Made by a program: the position numbers and the translations under genes
NCBI GenBank assembly: GCA_937975235.1
Contig: CALJUZ010000106.1
Coordinates: 67,218 to 131,217, forward strand
Direction of reading: 5' to 3'
Source: an uncultured Bacillota bacterium
Lineage (GTDB): Bacteria; Bacillota; Limnochordia; Limnochordales; ZCTH02-B6
Length of the DNA stretch: 64,000 nucleotides
Part shown: positions 54,970 to 63,153 of the stretch, piece after piece
Layout of the letters: every line of letters begins with the position of its first letter
Numbering within the stretch: the stretch's first letter is position 1
Notes under the pieces: model-generated
Database searches by the model: none
Told to the model about the DNA's origin: nothing
The model's input: the letters and a program-made list of their open reading frames with translations, nothing else

Positions 54970-55332
54970 ATGCGGGTGCGCCTTCTCAGTGTGCTGCAAG
55001 GAGTGGGACTGGCCTTCGCCGCGGCCGTAGTCGGCGCGCTGGTCCTGGGCCTGGTCGCGGCCTGGGCTCCCGTGTGGGACCCGTCCGACGGCCTGCTGAA
55101 AGCCATCAACGTGGCGGCCGTGGCCGCGGGCGGCGTGTACGCGGGGCGCAAGGCGCCGCGGCTGGGCTGGCTGCACGGCGGCGCCGCGGGACTGCTGTAT
55201 GTCGTGCTGGCCACGTCCATGACGGGGCAGCCGGTGAGCCTGGCCCGCCTGGCCACCGCCGCGTGGCTCAAGGACGCGGCCCTCGCGTTCGGCGCCGGGG
55301 CCGCGGGCGGCATGGCCGGCGTGGCCCGCTGA
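54970..55332 (+). CDS. Small Gly/Ala-rich four-helix membrane protein (YrzE/TIGR04086-like, from memory)
   Basis: 120 aa with hydrophobic helices and high GC3. GGGGGAGGGCGAGGGGGAG lies just upstream of the ATG. Confidence 0.55.
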   Translation: MRVRLLSVLQGVGLAFAAAVVGALVLGLVAAWAPVWDPSDGLLKAINVAAVAAGGVYAGRKAPRLGWLHGGAAGLLYVVLATSMTGQPVSLARLATAAWLKDAALAFGAGAAGGMAGVAR

Positions 55333-55343
55333 CGCCGGCCGGC

Positions 55344-55380
55344 GCGCTGACGCCTCCCGGAGTTCGGGAGGCGTCAGCGC
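55344..55380. terminator. Perfect 16-bp stem-loop between convergent genes
   Basis: GCGCTGACGCCTCCCG-GAGTT-CGGGAGGCGTCAGCGC. No adjacent T-tract on either strand. Confidence 0.5.
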
Positions 55381-55412
55381 GCTTGGATTGGAAGTGTGCC
55401 AAAGCGCCAGGG

Positions 55413-55613
55413 CTACTTGGCTCGCGGGGCGCTTTCGAAACCGACCTTGCGGTGCGAGCCGTCGCAAAACGGCTTGTTCTGCGAGTGGCCGCAGCGGCAC
55501 AGCGAAAAGGACTCGCCCGTTTCGAACACGTTGCCTTCCGCGTCCTCGAGGATGACGGGGCCCGTCACCCGCAGCGACCCGTTGTCACGCACGGTAATCC
55601 TGACTTCGGCCAT
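55413..55613 (-). CDS. CDGSH-type iron-sulfur domain protein
   Basis: ATG at 55613 lies 9 nt after AGGAGGTG. The 66-aa product has CRCGHSQNKPFCDGSH, the CDGSH 2Fe-2S signature. Confidence 0.85.
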   Translation of the reverse strand: MAEVRITVRDNGSLRVTGPVILEDAEGNVFETGESFSLCRCGHSQNKPFCDGSHRKVGFESAPRAK

Positions 55614-55628
55614 GACGTTCAACACCTC

Positions 55629-55841
55629 CTAATGCCCGCCGGGCCTGCCGAAATGGGTGAAAATGCCGATGAGCCCCAGCGCCAGCCCGACCACCGACGC
55701 CCCGTAGGACATGAAGCCCAGCAGGAACGTGGGGGTCATCATCTGCAGCACGATGAGCAGCGGGACGATCCAGCCGACCAGGAGCAGGACGGCCCCGGCC
55801 ACGATTAGGTTACGCGGTTTGTTCAGCATGCTCCTCACCAT
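55629..55841 (-). CDS. Small two-helix membrane protein (hypothetical)
   Basis: 66-70 aa with two hydrophobic helices and high GC3. It overlaps the end of the upstream ATPase gene. Neither candidate ATG (55841 or 55829) has a good SD. Confidence 0.45.
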   Translation of the reverse strand: MVRSMLNKPRNLIVAGAVLLLVGWIVPLLIVLQMMTPTFLLGFMSYGASVVGLALGLIGIFTHFGRPGGH

Positions 55842-56874
55842 ACAGCCAGCAGGCCACCAAATGCTGCTCGCCCCGCTCGAAGTGCGGCGGCTCCTGTACG
55901 TCGCACACGCCCTTGATGGCCGCGGGGCAGCGCGGGTGGAAACGGCAGCCTGCAGGAGGATTCATCAGGCTGGGCGGCTCGCCGCCCGGCACTTCCCGGA
56001 AGCGGTCCACGTTGTCGGGATCCGGGTCGGGAATGGCGTTCATCAAAGCCTGCGCGTACGGGTGGCTCGGATTTTTCAGCAGCTCCTTGGTGCGGGCTTT
56101 CTCGATGAGCTTGGCGCCGTACATGACGAAAATGCGGTCGGAGAAATACCGCACCGTGGACAGGTCGTGGGTGATGTAAATAATGCTGATGTTGTACTGC
56201 TGCTGCAGCCGGCCCAGCAGCTGCATAATTTCCACCCGCACCGACGCGTCCAGCATAGACACCGGCTCGTCGGCCACGATCAGCTTGGGCTCCAGAATGA
56301 TGGCCCGGGCGATGACCAGCCGCTGCTGCTGACCGCCGCTGAGCTGGTGGGGGAACTTGGTCAAGTAGTCCTCCACCGGCATCAGCCGCACGTCCTCCAG
56401 CGCCTTCCGAATGCGGCGCTGCCGCTCCTCGGGATCCTTGACGCCGTTGATGACCAAGGGCTCGTTCAGAATGCGCTGCACGGTCATGAACGGCGGCAGC
56501 GCGCCGAACGGGTCCTGCTGCACGAAGCCCACGTGGCGCCGGTACCACGCCAGCGCTTCCTTGTCGGTCCCGTCGATGACCCGGCCGTCGAACACGATGC
56601 GGCCTTTGGTGGGACCGTACAGGCCGAGAATGGTGCGGGCCAACGTCGACTTGCCGCAGCCGCTCTCGCCCACCACCGTCACCGATTCGCCGCGCGCCAG
56701 CTGAAAGTCCACGCCGTCCACCGCTTTGACGTCGCCGACGCGAAAGAGGCCCAGGCGCTTGATCTCGAACCATTTATGCAGCCCTTCCACGGACAGAAGC
56801 ACGTCTTCGGGCTTCGTCCCCGGCCGCATCGTCTTGTCGAAAATCTCCACCGTTGCGGTTTCCATCCTATGCAT
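55810..56874 (-). CDS. Peptide/nickel-type ABC transporter ATP-binding protein (OppF/DppF-like)
   Basis: Walker A GESGCGKST, signature LSGGQQQR, Walker B IVADEPVSMLD. The C-terminal oligopeptide-ATPase extension has GCRFHPRCP. Confidence 0.9.
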   Translation of the reverse strand: MHRMETATVEIFDKTMRPGTKPEDVLLSVEGLHKWFEIKRLGLFRVGDVKAVDGVDFQLARGESVTVVGESGCGKSTLARTILGLYGPTKGRIVFDGRVIDGTDKEALAWYRRHVGFVQQDPFGALPPFMTVQRILNEPLVINGVKDPEERQRRIRKALEDVRLMPVEDYLTKFPHQLSGGQQQRLVIARAIILEPKLIVADEPVSMLDASVRVEIMQLLGRLQQQYNISIIYITHDLSTVRYFSDRIFVMYGAKLIEKARTKELLKNPSHPYAQALMNAIPDPDPDNVDRFREVPGGEPPSLMNPPAGCRFHPRCPAAIKGVCDVQEPPHFERGEQHLVACWLYGEEHAEQTA

Positions 56875-56883
56875 CGCACCCCA

Positions 56884-57840
56884 TCATTCGTACAGCCAGC
56901 ATTTTACCCGGGAGCCGTTGACTTGGCGCAGAGGCGGCTCCTGACTGCACTTGTCAAACCGCGCCGGGCAGCGGTCGGCAAACCGGCAGCCCTTGGGCGG
57001 ATTGATCAGGCTGGGCGGCGTCCCGGGAATGTGCTGGAGCTCCTTGTCCTCCTTCAGCGTCGGCACGCTGGACAGCAGCATCTTGGAGTACGGGTGCAGC
57101 GGCGCCGTGTAAAACCGCCGGGCCGTGGACTGCTCGACAATCTGTCCCGCGTACATGACCGCCACGTCGTCGGCCAGATCGCTGGCCGTCGCGATGTCGT
57201 GCGTAATGAGGATGAACGTCATCTCCGTCGACTGCTTGAGCCGCTTCAGCACGTTCATCAGGTTGGCCTGCGTCAGCACGTCCAGGGCGGACGTAGGCTC
57301 GTCCATCACAATGAGATCCGGGTTCGTCACCAGGGCCATGGCGATGGCGGTGCGCTGCCGCATGCCGCCGCTGAGCTCGAAGGGGTAGCGGCTCATGAAG
57401 TCCGTGGGCAGCCCCACCATGCCGAAAACCTCGGCCACCCGCTCGTAGGCCTTTTCCTTCGTCTTGGCCTTGCCGTGGACCAGAAGGGGCTCGGCCACCT
57501 GGTCCTGCACCCGCAGCACGGGATTGAGCGAGTTCTGGGCCGCCTGGGGCACCAGGGCCGCCTTGACCCAGCGCACCCGCCGGCGAAACTGATCGTCGCT
57601 GAGCTTCATCACGTCCACATCGTCCATGTAGACGCTGCCTTCATACTTCAGCACGTTGCGGGGCAGCAGCCGCAGGATGGCTTTGGCCAGCGAGCTCTTG
57701 CCCGATCCCGATTCGCCAACGACCACCAGCGTGCGGCCGCGCCCCAGGTGAAACGTGACCCCGTCCACCGCCTGCACCGGGCCGCGCATGGTGCGGAAGT
57801 GGAGCCGAAGGTCTTCGACCCGCAAGAAACCGTTCTCCAT
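56884..57840 (-). CDS. Peptide/nickel-type ABC transporter ATP-binding protein (OppD/DppD-like)
   Basis: Walker A GESGSGKSS, signature LSGGMRQR, Walker B IVMDEPTSALD, C-terminal GCRFADRCP. Confidence 0.9.
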   Translation of the reverse strand: MENGFLRVEDLRLHFRTMRGPVQAVDGVTFHLGRGRTLVVVGESGSGKSSLAKAILRLLPRNVLKYEGSVYMDDVDVMKLSDDQFRRRVRWVKAALVPQAAQNSLNPVLRVQDQVAEPLLVHGKAKTKEKAYERVAEVFGMVGLPTDFMSRYPFELSGGMRQRTAIAMALVTNPDLIVMDEPTSALDVLTQANLMNVLKRLKQSTEMTFILITHDIATASDLADDVAVMYAGQIVEQSTARRFYTAPLHPYSKMLLSSVPTLKEDKELQHIPGTPPSLINPPKGCRFADRCPARFDKCSQEPPLRQVNGSRVKCWLYE

Positions 57841-57845
57841 CTATT

Positions 57846-59189
57846 TCACAAACTCCTCAGCCTCGGGTTGAAAATGCGGTCCAGGGCGAAGCCCAGCAGC
57901 GCGAAGCCGGCGCCCGAGAACACCAGCAAAAGCGACGGCGCCAGCACCCAGTAATAATAGCCGTTGTGGAGCGCGCCCATGTCCTGCGCTTCCGACAGCA
58001 CCTTGCCCCACGTCGGCAGCAGCGGGTCGCCCAGACCGAGGACGGAAATGGTCGCCTCGAAGAACACGAAGGAGGGCACCAGCCCGACGAAGGTGGGAAC
58101 CAGCACTGGGATAATGCGCGGCATCATGTACTGGATGATGATGCGCATGTTGCTGGCGCTGTACGACTTGGCCGCCTCGATGTACGGCGCCTCTTTCACT
58201 TGCAGGAACATGGCGCGGTACGATTTGATGCTCGCGCTGAATATGCTGAGGGCCACCCAGATGGCCGTCAGCAGCAGCAAACTTCGGTCCACCAGCGTCC
58301 CGATCATGATCAGCAGCGGGTACCCGGGCAGCATCATGTTAATTTCGGTGATGCGCTGAATTAGGTTGTCCACCCAGCCGCCGTACCACGTGCCCACCGC
58401 GGCGATGGCCATCGTCGTCACCGTGGCGCCGATGGCGCCCATCAGGCCCATGGCCAGCGCAATGGGCGTGCCCCACAACAGGGCCACCGTCAGGTCGCGC
58501 CGGCGATGATCCGTGCCGGCCAGGCCGTGCAGCTGCCCGTACACCACCAGACGCACGTCCAGCTCCGTGTCCGGTTCGAACACGAGGGCTTCGGCCACCA
58601 GCTCGTAGCGCCCTTTAAGCGGCACCGCCTCGGAAGCGTTCGGATCCGCGAACAGGCCCACGTGCGCGGGCCGCCCGCCGAGGCGGCGGGTGAGCCGGGC
58701 GTCCTGGCCCAGCCGAAACGACTCGGAAGCCCGCAGGTCCACGTCCCCCAGCGGGATTTCGCGGCCGTCGGGCGTCAGCCACCGCATGGAGAAAAACGGC
58801 CGGGCCGTGGAGTTGCGCACCGTGGTAAAGACGTTGATCTCGGTGGGGAACTCGTCGTACGTAAAATCGAACGGGAAGGACACCCGGACTTCCCACATGC
58901 CCGGTGCAATTTCTTCCACCGTCTTGGCTTCAGGCATGTTGGCCGTGTTAAAGTCCATGGTCACCGGCTTGTTGATGCCCGGGAACACGTTGAGCCACGC
59001 GGGCGCCGCGTTGCGGGGCGTGTACTGCCACACGTCGCCGCTGCCGCGCCACAGCTCAATGGCTTGGCCCAAAGGCATGGTCACCATCGCGTACACGGCC
59101 AGCGCGACGAACAGCGAGATCAGCACGAGACCCGCGATGGCGGAAGGGTACTGAGCCAGATCCTTGAAACCCTTGACGACGCGATTCAA
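57846..59189 (-). CDS. ABC transporter permease (OppC/DppC-like) with a long extracytoplasmic N-terminal loop
   Basis: 447 aa with one TM helix, a ~200-aa loop, then a binding-protein-dependent permease core with an EAA-like motif (YIEAAKSYSASNMRIIIQYMMP). Confidence 0.85.
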   Translation of the reverse strand: MNRVVKGFKDLAQYPSAIAGLVLISLFVALAVYAMVTMPLGQAIELWRGSGDVWQYTPRNAAPAWLNVFPGINKPVTMDFNTANMPEAKTVEEIAPGMWEVRVSFPFDFTYDEFPTEINVFTTVRNSTARPFFSMRWLTPDGREIPLGDVDLRASESFRLGQDARLTRRLGGRPAHVGLFADPNASEAVPLKGRYELVAEALVFEPDTELDVRLVVYGQLHGLAGTDHRRRDLTVALLWGTPIALAMGLMGAIGATVTTMAIAAVGTWYGGWVDNLIQRITEINMMLPGYPLLIMIGTLVDRSLLLLTAIWVALSIFSASIKSYRAMFLQVKEAPYIEAAKSYSASNMRIIIQYMMPRIIPVLVPTFVGLVPSFVFFEATISVLGLGDPLLPTWGKVLSEAQDMGALHNGYYYWVLAPSLLLVFSGAGFALLGFALDRIFNPRLRSL

Positions 59190-60331
59190 TTTGACTGCGC
59201 CTCCGCTCCGACTTTTACTCGCGGGTCCACGATGGCATACACGATGTCCAGCAGGAACACCGTAATGGCCAGCAAGTACGCGTAGATGATGGTGTTGGCC
59301 ACGATTACGGGTGTATCCGGCGCCCGCGAGGCGAGCCAGAACAGCTGGCCCAGGCCCGGCCAGTTAAAGATCTGCTCCAGCGTCACGTTGCCCACCCACA
59401 GCGTGATGAAGCTCAAAGCGATGCTGGTGATGATAGTGGGCAGCGTGGGCCGCAAAATGTACCGCCGCTCGATGGCGCGGTCCGAGAGCCCCTTCGCCTT
59501 GGCCATCTCCACGTAGTCCTCGCTGGAGTAGATGAGGAAGAAGGTGCGCTGGCTGAAAATCGACGCGAAGATGGTGCTCGTAAAGACCGCGGCCACGGGC
59601 AAAATCAGGTGTTTGAGCACGCTGAGGAAGTATTGGAATTTATTGGGAGGAGGCGGCGCGTCCACCATGCCCCCGAACGGCAGCCAGCCCAGCAATGCCG
59701 CGAAGATGAGAATGAGGAAGACTCCGTAAAACCACGCCGGCGCCGACGAGGTGGGGGCCAGGGCTACGACGAGGCGGTCCAGGAAGCTGCCGTAGCCGCG
59801 CGACAAAGCCAGTCCCATAAACAGCGCGGTGACAAACACCAGAATGCTGGCCGACGCCTGCAGCAGCAGCGTGGGCCCGAGCCGCTCCAGCAAAATGTGC
59901 TGCACCTGCCGGGAGCCGCTGTCGCTGGTAATCTGCTCCGCATAGCCCAAGTTCAGCGTGAGGCCGTTCCACAAATAGCGCAAACTGCGGATGGGGAAGG
60001 GCTGATCCAGACGCAGCGCCTGAATCTGCACCTGCGCGAACTGGTCAATGAGCTCGCGCTTTTCCGCGCCGCTCAGATGGCGAAACTCTTCGGCTTGGTA
60101 CACCCACATGCCAACGTTTTCTTTGATGGTCGCGATGCGCATCTGGTCCACGTAGCCGCCCATGTTCGCGACGAGAATCGTCAAGTACACGGCGATGACC
60201 ACCGCGACCGCGATGCTCACCAGCTTGACGGCCGAATACTGCAGGACGCGGACAAAACCCGAGACGTCGGACCGCGTCCGGCCCATCGCCGGGGATTCAA
60301 CACCAGGCCTTGGCGCTTCGGAAATCGCCAT
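59186..60331 (-). CDS. ABC transporter permease (OppB/DppB-like)
   Basis: ATG at 60331 lies 6 nt after AAGGAGG. The tracked ATG at 60337 abuts the SD. It has a permease core with an EAA-like motif (YVEMAKAKGLSDRAIERRYILRP). Its stop overlaps the next gene's start. Confidence 0.85.
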   Translation of the reverse strand: MAISEAPRPGVESPAMGRTRSDVSGFVRVLQYSAVKLVSIAVAVVIAVYLTILVANMGGYVDQMRIATIKENVGMWVYQAEEFRHLSGAEKRELIDQFAQVQIQALRLDQPFPIRSLRYLWNGLTLNLGYAEQITSDSGSRQVQHILLERLGPTLLLQASASILVFVTALFMGLALSRGYGSFLDRLVVALAPTSSAPAWFYGVFLILIFAALLGWLPFGGMVDAPPPPNKFQYFLSVLKHLILPVAAVFTSTIFASIFSQRTFFLIYSSEDYVEMAKAKGLSDRAIERRYILRPTLPTIITSIALSFITLWVGNVTLEQIFNWPGLGQLFWLASRAPDTPVIVANTIIYAYLLAITVFLLDIVYAIVDPRVKVGAEAQSN

Positions 60332-60365
60332 AGCCATCCTCCTTCACACTGCCAATCCAAGCGCG

Positions 60366-60411
60366 AAAAAGGGGAAGACAGGGACACGGACGCCCGTGCC
60401 CCTGTCTTTCC
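60366..60411 (-). terminator. Intercistronic stem-loop with T-tract between the binding-protein gene and the permease genes
   Basis: The minus strand reads GGAAAGACAGGGGCACG-GGCGTC-CGTGTCCCTGTCTTCCCC followed by TTTTT. It lies 18 nt after the binding-protein stop. Confidence 0.6.
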
Positions 60412-60428
60412 ACTTATGCCCAACGCCG

Positions 60429-62888
60429 TTACGGCGTCACGACGAAGCTCGCAGGCACCATGGTGGGCTTGGCCACCGGAATCGGCACGACGATGCCGAC
60501 GATCTGGCTGGCGCCCACGGGCAGGGCCGCGGTGTCATCGCCCGACAGGACCACTTCATACAGGCCCTCGGCCACGTACTCGGCCTTGCCGGACACGGTC
60601 ACTTCGCCGGCCGAGCTGACGACGAGGAACGACACGTCCGAGATGAGGTCGGAGGCGTACGGCTCGCCGTCAAAGGTCACCCACAGGTCGAAGCGGGCGG
60701 TCTGGCCCTGGCGCACCCGAGCCGGACCTTCCACTTCGAGGTCGGCGTACATGGGCTCGGCGAAGATGTCCCACCGGTCGGCCCGGTCCGGATAGCCCTC
60801 GTAGCGCTTCAGCACCAGCGTGCCCTCGACCGGGTGGACGGAGTCCAGATAGAACGGGCCGGTGCCAATCCAGAAGTGGCCCTTCTCCTCGTACCACCGG
60901 GTCAGGTTGGCGTAGCGCTCCGCGGCCTCCTCAGCCGAGATGTACTGGCTGAGGAAGTTGCCGAACGGGATGCTGTTGGAAGCCCGCAGGTTGTCCAGGT
61001 GGCGCTTCAGCACGTCCAGCGTCGGGCCGGAGACCAGGCTCAGCCAGTCGGTGTTGAGCAGCGAGGCCTTGGCCGCCGACATAACGGCTTCCTGGGACGC
61101 CTCGGCCGAGAACATCACGGCCAGCGTGTGCCACGGCGTCGGGCCGTAGGTGTCCTGCGGCCAGTACGTGGAGACCGACAGCTCCGCGTCCAGCGCGTAG
61201 GCGTCGCTGTACACCTCGATGACCAGAGGCTGCGTGGAGGTGATGCGCACGCCCTTGAACACGCTCATGCCCGACTGGTACGCCGGCACGGCCGACTGGT
61301 CATAGATGGCGCTTTCTTCCTTGGCCCGCTCATGGCCGTAGATCATGCCGATGACGAAGTCACCGACGGAGATGGGGCTGCCGTCGTGCCACTTGACGGT
61401 GTCGAACAGGTCCTCCGGATAGTACACGACGCTCTTGCGTAGAGCCGTCAGGCCCTCCGGGAACTTCTCGCCCACGGTGATGAACCGCTGCTCGACAGGA
61501 TCCCACTCGTACCAGGTGTCTTCCGGCACGACGATCTCGTCGACGAAGTAGAGGTCAACCCAGTCCAGCGTCTTGCCCACCGGCAGGCCTTCCTGGATGT
61601 ACAGCTCGGCCCGCTCGATGCGGCGCGGATAGGCGAGACCGGTGTACGGGTCAAGCACGACGGCGTCCTCGGCCGTGCCGCGCTGGACCATGGAGTCAAA
61701 CACCCAGTTGGAGCCCGCAATGGGGTTCCACGGCTCCACCAGCGTGTTGGGCAGGGCGATGGTCATGCTGCCGCCGACCTGGCCCTCCCACCGCAGGGTG
61801 GGCGCCCACAGCCACGAACCCTGGACCGACGCGGCCATGTCCGCCGCCACCTGGACGCCGTAGCGCCGAGGCGTAAAGGACTGCCGGTCCACGATCCAGA
61901 TGCGGTTGGAGTCCTTGAGCGCGTACTCCCAGCCCTTGACGAACAGCTCTTCCCGCTCTTCCAGCGTGGAGAACACGTTGTGCTCCAGCCGGCGAGCGAT
62001 CTCGACGAACTCCTCGGGCGGCGTCAGAGCTTCCCACAACGGGGACGCCTGGCCCTGCGGCATGTAGAACTGGGTGAAGTTGTAGCTGGTGTCACGGGCG
62101 ATGGCCGTGGAAATCCAGCCGCCGGTGTAGATGTGCATCAGACCCAGGGACGGATCCGCGGCAATCCACAGCGGCGAAGCCTCGGCGGCCGTGCGGTACA
62201 GCCGCTGGGTCACGAAACCGATGTCTTCCAGCAGCGTGGCGACGTAGTCACCCAGCGCCAGACGTTCGTCCTCGATACGAATCAGAACGATGATTTCCAC
62301 CGGCTGGCCCTTGTAGTGCCAGACGCCGTTGACCTTGGCCGCGCCCAGCTTCTCCATCTCTTCGGAGATGATCTGCTCGGCCTTGACCGGGTCATAGGCG
62401 TACTGCAGCTCCAGAGCCGTCGCCGCCGCCGCGTACCGGGCGTAGTCCGGGAACGCCGAGTTGGTGGCGAACAGCTTGGGCACGGCCAGACCGCCGTAAA
62501 TCTCGTTCACGACGTAGTCGCGGTCCACGAGCATGTTCATGGCCTCGCGGATGCGCGGCACGGAGAACGGATTGAGGCGGCCGTCCTGGAACTCGGGGCC
62601 GTACGGGTTGAACGTCAGCTCGGTGTAGGAACCGAACGAAAGATTGTAGGTGAGGAACGGCGAAGCTTCCACCCTCTGGAACAGGGCGGCGTTGCTCAGC
62701 GTGTCCGCATACAGATGAATGTCGCCAACTTCAAGACGGGTGATGGCCTGAGCCTGGTTCGGCTCCCGCACGAAGACGACCTCGTCCAGCCACGCGCCCG
62801 TGCGCGTCTGGGCGCCGACCGTCAAGGACAGAGCCAACACCAGCGCAAGAGCAAACACCGGCGTCCAGCGCCACTTCTTAAGGCTCAA
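60429..62888 (-). CDS. Family-5 (Opp/Dpp-type) ABC substrate-binding protein, oversized, with a C-terminal extension
   Basis: The TTG at 62888 lies 8 nt after AGGAGG. It encodes 819 aa. The signal peptide MSLKKWRWTPVFALALVLALSLTVGAQT has no lipobox Cys. The core is SBP_5-like (LNPFSVPRIREAMNMLVDRDYVVNEIYGG...). The last ~130 aa (EVEGPARVRQGQTARFDLWVTFDGEPY...) look like a beta-sandwich add-on. Confidence 0.85.
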   Translation of the reverse strand: MSLKKWRWTPVFALALVLALSLTVGAQTRTGAWLDEVVFVREPNQAQAITRLEVGDIHLYADTLSNAALFQRVEASPFLTYNLSFGSYTELTFNPYGPEFQDGRLNPFSVPRIREAMNMLVDRDYVVNEIYGGLAVPKLFATNSAFPDYARYAAAATALELQYAYDPVKAEQIISEEMEKLGAAKVNGVWHYKGQPVEIIVLIRIEDERLALGDYVATLLEDIGFVTQRLYRTAAEASPLWIAADPSLGLMHIYTGGWISTAIARDTSYNFTQFYMPQGQASPLWEALTPPEEFVEIARRLEHNVFSTLEEREELFVKGWEYALKDSNRIWIVDRQSFTPRRYGVQVAADMAASVQGSWLWAPTLRWEGQVGGSMTIALPNTLVEPWNPIAGSNWVFDSMVQRGTAEDAVVLDPYTGLAYPRRIERAELYIQEGLPVGKTLDWVDLYFVDEIVVPEDTWYEWDPVEQRFITVGEKFPEGLTALRKSVVYYPEDLFDTVKWHDGSPISVGDFVIGMIYGHERAKEESAIYDQSAVPAYQSGMSVFKGVRITSTQPLVIEVYSDAYALDAELSVSTYWPQDTYGPTPWHTLAVMFSAEASQEAVMSAAKASLLNTDWLSLVSGPTLDVLKRHLDNLRASNSIPFGNFLSQYISAEEAAERYANLTRWYEEKGHFWIGTGPFYLDSVHPVEGTLVLKRYEGYPDRADRWDIFAEPMYADLEVEGPARVRQGQTARFDLWVTFDGEPYASDLISDVSFLVVSSAGEVTVSGKAEYVAEGLYEVVLSGDDTAALPVGASQIVGIVVPIPVAKPTMVPASFVVTP

Positions 62889-63065
62889 GAACGACACCTC
62901 CTGCTGAGACTGTCCTGCTGTGATACCCACCTCTGACTCGCCGACATCAACAAACGAAAACGTGCCATTCACCGAGAGCGTTGACCCTCTCCGAAGACGT
63001 GCCTCCTTTCCGCTAGACGCTTTCGCCCTGATTGGACGAAACTGTAGGTGCTATTTCTGCGGTGA

Positions 63066-63081
63066 GGCAGGAATTCCTGCC
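63066..63081. promoter_or_regulatory. Perfect 16-bp palindrome, candidate operator
   Basis: GGCAGGAATTCCTGCC lies in the 265-nt divergent region between the binding-protein gene and the regulator gene, 73 nt upstream of the regulator ATG. Confidence 0.4.
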
Positions 63082-63153
63082 GGTGTAAAGAGAAAGTACC
63101 AACATGCCCGAAGGCTTATGGGATTTGGCACTGCACTGACCAAGGAGAATTGT

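Noticed and set aside
51301-55500. 1399-aa ORF on the minus strand
   Set aside because: It is antisense to the FG-GAP, EF-G2 and membrane-protein genes, which have clear family motifs. Its product is dominated by Arg/Gly/His/Pro/Ala with no motif. This is a typical shadow ORF caused by high GC3 on the coding strand.
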